64,000 bases of DNA from Cenococcum geophilum (Eukaryota), in the NCBI GenBank assembly GCA_050273025.1, contig CP158636.1, forward strand, positions 3,534,001 through 3,598,000, in the 5' to 3' direction. The notes below the pieces were generated by a model. It made no database searches. It was given only the letters and a program-made list of their open reading frames with translations, and was not told the DNA's origin. Every line of letters begins with the position of its first letter. Within the stretch, counting starts at the first letter, position 1. The translations under genes were made by a program, and so were the position numbers. Below are positions 38,669 to 50,800 of this stretch, piece after piece.

Positions 38669-40506
38669 CCTAGCCTTCGCCTATTAGGTATAAGAATCAA
38701 GTCTAAAACTTAGTAAAGAATTTATTTAACTTTATTATTAAGCTATTATAGTTATAACGCATATCCTATACTTTATTTAGGTTTATATATATAGTAGCTA
38801 AATACTATAGCATTTTGCTAATAGATATAAAGCGAATAGAGGAGTTATCCTTAAATTTAGCTTAAAGGTAACGTTAGGTATCTTCTATAGTTTAACTAAA
38901 AAGGTAAAGTATCTTAGCTTCTTTAGAGGGGAAATAGTTATAGTTAGCGCGGAGTTTTCCTTATACTTAAATCCTCTAATTCTTAAAGGTAGGGTCTATT
39001 TTATTAGATAGGGGTTAAGGGTTCAGGAGCTTAAAAAACTTTAATTACTTCGTTATTATATCTACACTCCCTAGTATATTATATTTAGTAGAGTAAACAG
39101 GTTGGCTAAGGCTTTAAAAGGGGGAAGCTAGGTTATTTTATAGGGCTATAAGGCTTTCTAGGATCTTTTATAGAGTCTCTTATATATTTTTTACTTTAAA
39201 ATAATTAGCTTTCTAGCCGGCTATAAAGGCGCAAATCTACTCGCGTACGTCTATAATATTATTATTATCTTCAATTTCAAATCCTAATTAGATCTTAGGT
39301 TCCTCTTAAGTAGAGGCAGCTCTCTTAAATAAGCTTACTTTAGGTACTATTATTAGCTTCCTAGGGCTTATTGGTATTATATACTTCGGTTTTAATTCTA
39401 GGGGTATAGGTCTAGTCCTATCTAGCTTATTAAAGTGGGATATTATTAAGGCCTTCCTAGGCAGTATAGTTTTATTTAGTGTCTAAGTATAATATATTAA
39501 CGCGTTATTGCAGACGAAGTTTTTTTTAGGGTAAAATATTAATTAAGGCCTTCCTAGGCAATATAAGGAGAGCTTAGTATAATATAATAGCTTATATAAA
39601 TGCCTCTAAACTAAAGCTTATATAATACTATCTTATAAAGATATTAAGCTAAGGAAAAGGGAAAGGGGTTACTAGGACCGATGTTAATAAATATATAGGG
39701 TAAGCCGCTAAGGCGCTAGCTTTGGACGAGCCAATCGTAGGTCGGCAGAATATGGTAGAATTTGGCAGGTAACGTGCGATAGCGCCGTTATAATATAGTT
39801 TTCTCCAAATTTCCCATCGTGTCTATATACGCGTTTTATCCACTAAATATTAACCTTTATTACGCTAGGAAAATGCAATGGACTTTATATTTTACCTATT
39901 AGCAATATAATAGAGTTTCTTCCTCCACTCCTTCTCTATCTAATTCTTAATCTATATATCTATTAAGCTTTTTAATAGCTTATAAACCTCGTAGATCTAC
40001 TACTTCTATATCCCTTATAATTAAAGATACGTCCGAACTAAATAAGTAGAATAACTATATCGCGAGAACCTCTACCAGCTAGCTAAAACTATAGCTATAT
40101 ATTCCTAATTAACTAAAAAAGCCCTTTCCCTAGGTAAGTATAGTAGGCTTACTAGTTATTATAAATACTAAGTTACTAATAAGCGGTCGCTTTAAAGATA
40201 GCCTTTATATTACCTATATAGAAGTATAGAGTAGATCTATTTTAGAATAGACTAGAGAAAAGAAAGAAACTCTAGCTATATAAGACCTGCTATCTAGCTT
40301 AAAAACTAGCTATACTACTTATAATTAACGGTACGGATTATATTATTAGCCATTTAAAATTAAAGTATACTATTATATTAAACCTAAAAGGCTATAGTAG
40401 TACTCTACGTTAATTAGCTACCTTAGGCCTAATTAATTTAGCTACTTAATCCTCTCTTATACCTAGTGGTAGTAAATAGCACCTATTTTAGGCAGCTGGC
40501 TATATA

Positions 40507-43500
40507 ATAATAATTCATTGCTTAACGTCCGATTCAGATCCCTACTAGGCCCACGCGGACTACTCCTTATTTACATATGGGGAGAAAACTCTATTTAAGA
40601 AAAATGAGAAAACCCCGTGATCCATCTCCCCGCCTTTTGGGACTCGCCTACTTAGCGCCTACAAGTCGCCTGTAGTGCTCTACTACCTTACTATTTAACC
40701 TCCTTAGGAACTACTGCTGCCGTAACAAGCCTACGGACGCGCTAGTATCACAAACTTTTACTCTACTACTGTAGAGTTACTAGGGGGCACCTGCTGCTCG
40801 CCCCCTTGCCTTTTATTACCATTTCCCTTACAACCCAGAACTAATTTAGCACATTTTAACTAATAAGCCACTAGGTGACCGCCTTAAGGCCTTTTTATAT
40901 TGAGAGCAGTGTATTATAGTTCTCTATGCTAGCTGCTAAGAGCATTATTTCTCAATTAGTGCGTAGGGGGCATAGCAGTATTACGTGTTTTAGTATCTGT
41001 CTTAGCCAGCTACATTCGCATCTCGGGCTACCTACTGGGACACCCACCCAGTAAAGCCAATCTTTTAGTCCTATTATTCCTGTTCTTAAGAGTGTTGCTA
41101 TTATATTTTCTGCCTTTATTAGGCCTTCTTAGAGCCCTTAGATATTTACCCCCCATGGCGTTAACCATGCTATAGCTTAGGTTCGTCTTGCCTAAGTCAG
41201 CCTCTGTACCTTTAACTCCCATTCACCTCTCCAGCGTTAGTCCAACCAGTATTGCATTGCGGTAGATGGTTTCCCAGCGTTCTTACGTGTTCTACTTTAG
41301 CTCCTTTCTCTATCTTACTGTTGTCTTTACTAACCTCTTACGCGTCTCCCTTCCTCCTCTATATAGGCCTAGGCCCTAAAGCGGCACTATTCTTCTTCTG
41401 CTTTCTTCACCTATTTCTCTAATATCTCTTCCCTACTTTGGGGTTATTGGTTTGTTCTCCTATAGGGCACCCTAGGGTCCCTCTATAGTTTACTTAGGCG
41501 TATCTTAATGTACTTTATAACATTAGAGTTACGTTTATTTTACGTTCTTTACATTGCAGCGGCTTTAATATATAACTGTAGGGGGGGAATATTGGATTCC
41601 TTCTTAAGCAGTGCTGTGGCCGTTCGCTTATACCCGCCTGTAATACTCCGGAGGCAGGCTGTTTAGACCTTTTAAAGTAGTTTAAGGAGTGATTTTGGGG
41701 GGCCCTTCTCAGTTTCTCCAATGGCCCAGATACTAGATCTATATATTATAGTTAGCCGGATAACTGCTATATATAGTAGGCGTGACCTCTAGAAGCATGG
41801 ACCCCATATAGAATTAACAATCCTAGATAAAGCAATAAACTATACTTGGCCTTTACAGGCCGCTTACGCCGCATATACGCTCTACCGGAGCTTACTATCT
41901 ACCCATACTCCTAATACCCTTAGGCCCTAAACTAGTTAACCCCCAAAGCCTTAAATGCGAATTATATACTAGAGATCTGCAGATTGGTTACGTTTTCTTA
42001 TAAAATGGATTAGCTAGTATTTCTCTAGTAAGAATTGGACTCTATAACGTTTTGCCTACTCTATATAAGTGTTATAGGCTTTCTCTAGTGTTCTACAGTT
42101 CTCTGCGGCTGTTGGCCCGTATATAATTAGGTTTATATCGTCAACAAAGCCTATCCCCTAGGTCGCCCCTTCCTTAAAGGAGTCAAGCAGGTTGCTTACA
42201 AAGAAAAGGAAGAGTATAGGCAAGAGGGGTGATCCTTGTGGTATTTCTGTTACAACTGCAATAGGGGGGCTCTAGTATCCGCTAAAGACCAGTAATATTT
42301 CTTTCTGGCCTATAAACCCTTAGACAAATTATATAATCCATTCTAAAAAGCCCTTTACCCTAAGGATATACAGGAGACGCTCGTGGGGTACATTGTTGTA
42401 GGCACCACTAATATCTAGGCTAAGCATTAATACTACGAAGTCCTTTCGCATCGCCTATGCAGATTTAATGGTGGCAGCGAGTAGCGTAAGTGCTAATAGT
42501 GTTAAGCGGTTCTTTCTTACCCCCATTTAGCTTTATGGTAGTAGGGCGTGTTCCTCTGCCGTGTCTACTATACGTTCCGCTATTACCCTTTCTAAGATCT
42601 TGCTAAGGGTGTTTTCTAAGGCAATAGGGTAGTAGCTTCCTAGGATTAAGTAATCTGCTTTGCCTTCTTTTTATAAGACAACCGTCGTTATAAATCTTCC
42701 GAGTCGCGGGTAGTAGCCTATAGCAAAGCATACTCTAGCTACATCTGTAAGCCAAGGTGCTATAAGTAGCCCACAGGTTTTTAAGGCCTCATTTAGAATC
42801 CTATTTAGTCCTAGTACTATATTATTTAAAAGGCGGCTAATGGTTCTAGCCATTTCCTCTGTTATTATGTCGCTGTTGACCCGCAGGCAAGTCACCGGTG
42901 TTTCGCCCGTAATATTACTAAGGTCTGCTAAAGCTGGTTAGGGGAAGAACCTTTCTATAAGGATCTTTGCCTTCTTATCATTGTCATTTATAGCCTATAA
43001 TTCTCCTACTCTTCGTAGGGGTAGTAGGTATAGGTCTTCTACTAGGCGCCCTGCCTTTTTCTTTGCCCATTTCGCTATATTTTAAAGGCCCTTGTTATAG
43101 GGGAGGCTCAGGTTAAAAGTATACTCGTTTATAAACCGTCTCCAGTTATTCCTTACTTCTTTTTTTAGGGTATTCTTTAGCTAGTTTCTTATATCTTTAT
43201 ATCGTCTCTCGTCTTTAGGGTCGTGGCTGCTTATATATTTCCTTCTTACTCGTCGTTAGCTAGCAACCAAAACTGCGCATTATATAGACCATACGTATCG
43301 CGCGTAGGGGCCCGGTTTTAAGATCGGGCAGTGCTCTTCCAGCCCATTTTTAATTGCTACCTAGATCCTTTTTAGTCTTCGGTCGATTTCCTTAGGGGTA
43401 ATTAATGGGCCTCGCTTATTTAGTATTAGGTGGATTTCTTCTAGGTCTTAAAGTTGTTATTTAACTACATTAAGGAAACTGTCTATCTTAAGCTTCCTTA

Positions 43501-46079
43501 TTGCGTATCTTTTTCTATTTAGTTACGCTTTAGTATCTAAGTCTAGCTATATCTAAATAGGGATATAGTCTAGGGTAAGTGCCTATTTTTCTTTGGGGTT
43601 GCACCTTTCAAGTCTCTAGTATAGGCCTTCGTCTATAAATATAAGGTCAATTATACTTCTAGCGGTGCCTCGTTGCCATATAATTACTCCTAGGGGGGTG
43701 GTTAGCTTAAGGCCCCAGATATCTATAGCTCTTAGTAGGCACTCTAACTATTAGTCTGCAGCAATATAGATACCCCCCTACCGCGGGTAGTAAAGGTTTA
43801 TATCTCCTAATAGGATAGACTCTGTACCTTCGGTTTCCAGTAAGCTTATTACTAATATAATATTCTCTGTTTATAGGACCCCTTCGACCCTAGGGTTATA
43901 TATATTAATAATTTATACTAGTCCCCTATATATTTAGATTATTATAACTGCAATATCTAGGTTAACTACCTACCATAACTATAAGGACAGGCTGATAGCC
44001 TTACTAATTATAAAGCACACACATATGGCTACTTTTGGTTCGTATAGGAGCTGGAATCCTCAGGGGCAGTATGTCGATTATATAAAGGTATTATAATACG
44101 GCTCTTGTATAGCAAGGATATAGTATTTCTCTAGGTCTAAACTGTCTAGTAGGGGCCTTGCAAGGCAGTAGTTTGTGTTACCGCAGTTATACTATATAAT
44201 GGATAGGTAGCGGACCCCCGGTAAGGGTCCTTCAACTCTCCTTCATTCCTCACTTCTTCTATTTCCACTTTCTCTAGGATATTCAGAGCTTCTATCTCTT
44301 ATATCTACACCCTAGTTACTACTCATTTTATATAAAGCTTTCCATTCCTATATCTTATGTTCCTATTAGCGCTTCTATATCTAAATCTATTATTATCACC
44401 AGTTCTTCCCCTATTCTTACTGGTCGGCTATATACCCTTTATAGGTCGGCTGCAAATGTTATATTTACCGCATTAAGTCTAATTCTTAATTGTCCTAGTC
44501 TTAAGCCTGCTATTACTGTCCATAGGGGTCTTCCTACAGGGCGTCCTCTCCCTTATATCCCCTGTAACCCTTATATCCCTAATCGGTCTAGTAATATCAC
44601 GCGGCGTCGCTTCTGGCCCGTTAAGGCTTAGGATAGCTAGCCTAGCCCTCCAGTATTAAAGGTAGGAAACGCTAAAAAAGCACCTACGTCCCCCTAGCTT
44701 ATCGCCTGTTGTTTCCATTCATATAACCTAGCGTGCAGTTATTCCCACAGCTGTTAAGCCCTTACCTTCCATCTCCTATATTCAATGCAGTCTTCTCTCT
44801 CCTACGCCTTATATATACTTCAGTGGCAGTTCGCGCATTTTATTTAGTCTTAATTTAAGCAATATCTCGTATCATAGGGGCCTGCACAGTGGCCGCAGCA
44901 CACCTATGCTGCGCATATAGATTAGGTGTGTCCCTATTATATACAGCAATAGCATCGTTCTAGGCGTAGTCTGTGGTTATAGAGCCTTGTGTTGTATATA
45001 AGGCCATTTATAATTATTCCTTTTTAGATAAGGAGTTTTTGCATTCCTAGTGTATGTATACTAACGATAAGGGAGCTATGCGTTCGTCCAGCGTCTCCCT
45101 AGCAAGTCTCCAGCGACCCTTATATCCTCTCGTTGTTCTTATTATATACTTAGTTTACATTTTCCTATTAAAGCCATTAGATTCAGGTGATTTCAAGTCC
45201 TAATATAAGGCGTTCCATTTATCTTACTATCTCCTATATAATTGCTGTGTTATCCGCCTAGCATCCCTTTTCTACCCTAAGGCTTATAGAAACCGCTAGG
45301 ACTTCAACTAGGTAATCCTCACAGAGTACTTTTATACCAATACGTTCTCCTAGCCTATCCCCTACCCTTACAGCTCATTCCTTTACCTATTAGTCCTTTA
45401 GGGTGACTCTAATGTCTCCACTCTTAAGGTGTCAGACTATAACAGCGTTATAGACCTCTTTATGTATCTCTATAAGGACTTCTATTTCTAATTATCCCCT
45501 AAGCCCCTCTGCTTATTCTATATTTAGTCATATTATAATTATATACCCGGTTGTTAACTTAAGGGGGGTAGGTTCCCTGTGCTATAAAAGCACAGCTACG
45601 GCGGCCCAGGTACGGTTCGCCGGTAAGGGGGGATTATACTTATTTTTAATTTTACTTAGCCGTTAGAGGATTTAATTAAGGGTTTGCTAGAGGGGCGCCT
45701 AAGGTTCGCTAAACTAGCGGAGCCATTCTACTAGCTGCATTAGTTCGTTATAGCTAACGGTTACTCTCCCGCAATTTTAAATACTAGACGCGTCTAATAA
45801 GCTTTATATTTTATCAGATGCCTTCTTAATAGAGGTATTTCCGCTTTATAGTGTGGTATTCGCCCGTCTTTATTATGGAGGGCCATTGCTAGGCGTAGTT
45901 CTAGCGGTCGCGCGCGAGTGCGAGCCACCGTCGTTTGACGTGTGCCTCCCCTGCGATGCATGCATCTCAGGGGGATTCTCTGGGTGTTTTTCAGGGTTCT
46001 TTTGGTTGGTTTTGGTCTTTTTGGGCCGGGTGCAGCAAGAGCTCCAGTTCCGTTAATCTTCGACATTTCTTTACAATTC
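40507..46079 (-). mobile_element. Full-length Tad-type LINE (ORF1 with CCHC knuckles; ORF2 APE endonuclease plus RT), RIP-inactivated; 15-bp TSD
   Basis: TSD GCAGCTGGCTATATA at 40492-40506 and 46080-46094; (TTA)n tail. ORF1 knuckles at ~44820-44960; APE YNCG...ILAIQEP at ~44100-44195; RT IPQGSPL.P (~42220-42245) and FVDD (~42140). Confidence 0.95.
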
Positions 46080-47810
46080 GCAGCTGGCTATATATAAGCC
46101 TACGTTAATTAAAAAGTTCTATAGAATATTATATTTTAGTAGGCTATAAGTACTTATACTTGCGCGTCACTAATATTTAACTGCCCTTATATATAAGAAT
46201 ATCTGGCAAGCGTATATATATTATTAAGTAGCTAGATAAAATCTACCTTTAAACGCCAAAAGCCCTAATATTAAAGACCTTTTTATTATTTTATAAAGTA
46301 AAATTTACCTTTACTCTAATATCTAGACGTTAACGAATGGTATATCGCTACTTAATATAGTAGCTTACTTAATTAATAAAGGTAATAAGCTTTAATTAAT
46401 CGTTATAGGACTTATATAGATATAAGGCTTATATATTACTAAGAATATAGTAATAGCTTTAGTAGTAGTTATTTAAAAGTATTAATTTAAATATAAGCTT
46501 AGCTACTTAATAGCTAATAATGCCACTAATAATAATAAACTTTATAAGCATCTTTTTAAAAGCCTCTTTATACTAAAAAACACAACTTTCGTATATTAGG
46601 TATATTCTAAATCTTACCGTTAAGGCTTTAATATATAGTAAAGGCGTTAACGAGCTTAAACGCTTATTAATTAGTATAAGTAGTAAGGCTAAATTTAACC
46701 TTATATAATAGGGGGGCGCCGTTAGTAAGGTTTATAATATTATTTAATATATTATACGATTTACGGCTTGCTATAAAGACTTTACTAAAAATTAAACCTA
46801 AGTCTATATAGAGGACGAGCTCTTTAATTAAGCTAAACTTATACTTATTAAAGATAGAGGTAATTAATAGAACTTTACCTACTATATACTTTACTAGGCG
46901 CTATTTCTTAAGAAAGGAATTAATAAACATTTACTTTTTTTAGAGGAAGTTTATTGATAATAGTTATAACCTTATATAGGACTTTCTTACTATAGAGAAT
47001 TAGGTAGAAGTTAAGCAGCTTATTAAGATCTTAAAGCCCCTTATATTAGCTACTAAATATTTAAAAGGTAACGCTAATAACTCTAGGCTTAAGGGCTTAT
47101 ATAGAGCTCTATAGAAGTTAATTATAAATATAGAACTTCTTACTAGGTCCTTATATAAACTTAATAAAGCCTTAAAAATAAAAACAATTTCTTTATTAAA
47201 TTTAACGTTAATATAGCTCAATAGAAGCTTAATAAGTATTTTAATAAGATAAGGCTTAAAAGCCCGTACTACTTTATTATAGTTATTCTCTATTTTTCTC
47301 TTAAACACGCCTACTTTTATAATAAGTAGAAATAATAGCTATAGTAGTAGAAGTATACCGAGTGGTATATAGAAATAGTATTTAATAACTATATTAATAA
47401 GTAAGTAAATAAGGAAGATAAGGAGGTAGTTAAGCTATAATATAAAAAGGTCCCTTGTATATTTAGCAATAATTTAAGTAATAAATATTTATAGTTTTTA
47501 CTAGTTAATAAGCACCTTACTTTCTTATATTCGCAGAAGTAAATTAAGCTTACTGCTAAGCTTAATCGCTACTATAACGTAGGCCTTTAAATTATTAAGA
47601 TCTATAATAAGAATAGTAATAATATAATAAAGCCTTATAGGAAATACTACGGTAGACTTATTAATGAGCTAGGTATATAGGTAAATAAGAAAGCTAATAA
47701 CGTAAATATAACTAGTAGAGTAGGTTACCTAATAAATTAACTCTAATTATATTTTAAGATTTACTATAAAGAAAAGAACAATTTAAGTAGAGACTATAGT
47801 TCTTTAAATA

Positions 47811-50800
47811 TGTTGGACTTATAAGGGGATATCACGTAGCTACGGTTCGTAGATAGTATAATGATTGTTGTTCTTCTTAATTGATTCTTGAAGAAAGGGG
47901 TGAGGAACTTAAGGTTCCTCACCACGCTAGTGCCGCGGCAGTACGTGACGGCAACTTGCCGTACGTAACGGCAACTTGCTATATATGGTGGCAATATACC
48001 TTATATAGTGACCACTTACCTTTATTCCTAATACTAGCAACTCTTTTTTTGTAGTTGCTATCTATATATATATACCGCTTGACTAGCGTAATAAATATTA
48101 ATCCTTTTTACTTACTATTGCTATTGTAATATAAGTCTCGCTATCCTAAAATTTGCCTCTTAGCACGTAGTACTTTCTTACTTAGGAGTTGCAGGTAGAT
48201 ATTATATTCGGAGGGCCACTAAGGCGCTAGTAGTAAGCGAGCCAATAGCGATTTTCTATCCTAGGGATAGAAAATCCTAATTGGCTGGATTAAGTCAGGC
48301 TCCCCCTCTAAAAAAGTCTTAGTAAGAGAATCTAACTAATTAGACAACTTTGACCGCTAGTTAAAGTTCCTAAATATCTTAAGACCTTACGTAACTAAGA
48401 AATTTCTAGGGACTCCCTTTTAACCTAATCTTTAACTTATATACGTAGAGTATTTATATTAACGAACGTCTCTAATACCTTATTTAGGTTCGCCTTCGTC
48501 ATTATATCTACTAGGTTATCTTAGCTATTAATTTATTAAATCTTAAAGAGTTTTTAACACTTATAGGATTGCTAAAGTGCTATAATATTAATTATAAGGC
48601 GCTTTTCTTTTGTGGTACCAAGCTTAACTAAATACTTGTAGAGGGAATATAAGTTAGTGTATACAATTATAGGGATAACAGGAAGTTTAAGTCGATTTAT
48701 AATTATCTTTAGGGTAGTTCCAATTGCAATTACTATATTAACTCCGCTAACTATTTTATATATCTCTAACGCTAAAACACTTTAAGTAATACGCTTACTC
48801 TTAGTTAAGCTCTAATAGATAAGATTGCTATAGATTATAAAGTTATTCTCTCTATTAAATTCGTTTATAATAATAATCTTATATCCTAACTAGGAGCTAA
48901 AATCTTTATTATTTATAAATAATCTATTAATAAATATAAAGAGCTTAGCGGTAGGAAGATTAATAAGCATATAGAGTAGTCCCTGATTAAGATGGTTCAT
49001 TTACTAGAAAAGACGCTTATTTAGGGCAAGAATATTATCTTTAGTTGGTTCCTGGTATTAGGCGGTAATAGAGAGATTAAATAAAGCCTTAGGTTAACAG
49101 ATAAAAGCAATATAAGCTTCGCGAGCGCGTTACTTTATATATCCTTACTTTAGAGAATTAGTATTAATAACGTCGATCTTTTTACTTTAACCCTTTTGGC
49201 GTAGAGTAATAGAATCCTTATTTAGGGAGAGGATACATCCATTAATAAGTAATGGTGTTATTAAACTAAGCTTTTCCTTTGGCTTTGCTATAAGATTTAC
49301 CTTCACTAGCTCGTTTTCTTTAAGAGCTAAAAATTGGTCGTCTCCTAAGATAATTATATTATTAGTTTGCATACTAATAATTCTAAATAGAGTTCCTGTA
49401 GTTATAATAAGGAAGTAGAGATTAAATATAGAAGTAGTTATTAAAAGCTTCTTTTTATAGTGCTTGCTATAGGTAGCCTACTAGTAAGTTCCTACCTTTG
49501 CGATTCTATATAATGGCTTAAGCACAACCATAATTATATCTTTAGGATACTAGTAGCGAATTTACTCCGGAAGGTATGCCAATATTAAGCGCTAAAGGTG
49601 CGTCTCTAATTAGGTATAAGCTTAAGTAATATCTCGCAAATAAACCGCTATTCTATTCTTTATCAAGAAGGGAGCTAGCGTAACAATAACTTGCTAACTA
49701 GCTCGTTAAATTATAGAAGATTGCGTAAGAATTACCTCCTTACTATTATTATTATAACCTTAAATAATAAGCCTTAATTTCTTAAATAGGGCATTAGTAG
49801 CTTTACCTTTAATCTCGTTAACCATTCTTAACTTAAAGATGCAAACTTTATCAAACTTAGTAGGGTCATACTTCTCGAATTTAAAGACTCCTCTTATAAT
49901 AAGACCGTCAATTTCCTACTTATTAGATGCTTGGAAAGGAGCTCCTAAAGTTATAATACAGCCTTCCTTTTAGAGCTATTTTGCAAGCTTAAAGTCAGCC
50001 TTCTCTTTAGCTATTATAAAGGCCATTAATAACTTATTTCCACTTTCAATAGCGGTAACAAATTACTCTTCAAAATTAACAAGGTATTGGCGATTTCGTA
50101 ATCCTTTTAGGCGACCTCTACCGCGTCATAGTTACGGCACATCTGCTATAATTGTATTAGAGTTATAGTCTCCTTCTAGAGCATATTAATTATAGTTCTC
50201 CTCCGGGGTATCCTCTGGGGCATCCTCTAGGGCATCCTCTAGGGTATTCTATAAAGGCTTAAAACTATTATTCCTATAGTAAGGCTTAATAACGGTTAAG
50301 CGGAATTAAGTGGGTCCATAGGGCATTTAAAGAGTGCAAGTTTAACTATTACTTATAATAAGTTTATATAGGCCTAACCATCCTCCCTTTTTACGCTATA
50401 CCTGTACTTTAGATTAAAGTGGCAAATTAAGCGTAGTTAAGGTATTTGGGCCATTTCTTATTCCTAGTACGTTGTTGACCTAACGCGTAGCGTAAAGACG
50501 TCGTACCTCTTTTATTACTTTATAGATAGCCTCAGCTTATTATACAATAGAGGGAGATAGTAGAGAATTGTTAGTTATTTAAGGGTAGGCACTAAAGACT
50601 AGCAACGTAGGTACGAGCCTATCTAGACCAGCGGAATCGTTAATAGCCTTAACAGCCATCTATAAGATAAGCTCTTCGCTAGCGTCCTCTAGTTCCAAAG
50701 AAATAATTTTATACACTTAGCATAATAGCGTATAATATCGTTTTACTTTTCTAATACTATTATACGCCTTAACGGGGACTTCCTTAACCTTAATTGCTAT

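Larger units (their letters stand above)
33598..39792 (-). mobile_element. Full-length Ty3/Gypsy chromovirus, RIP-inactivated; 210-bp LTRs (33598-33807, 39583-39792); TSD ATATA
   Basis: LTR pair, TSD at 33593-33597 and 39793-39797, minus-strand PPT AAAGAGGGGGG at ~33811-33821, RT YLDNILIYLDD at ~36421-36453, chromodomain at ~34100-34270. Confidence 0.93.
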
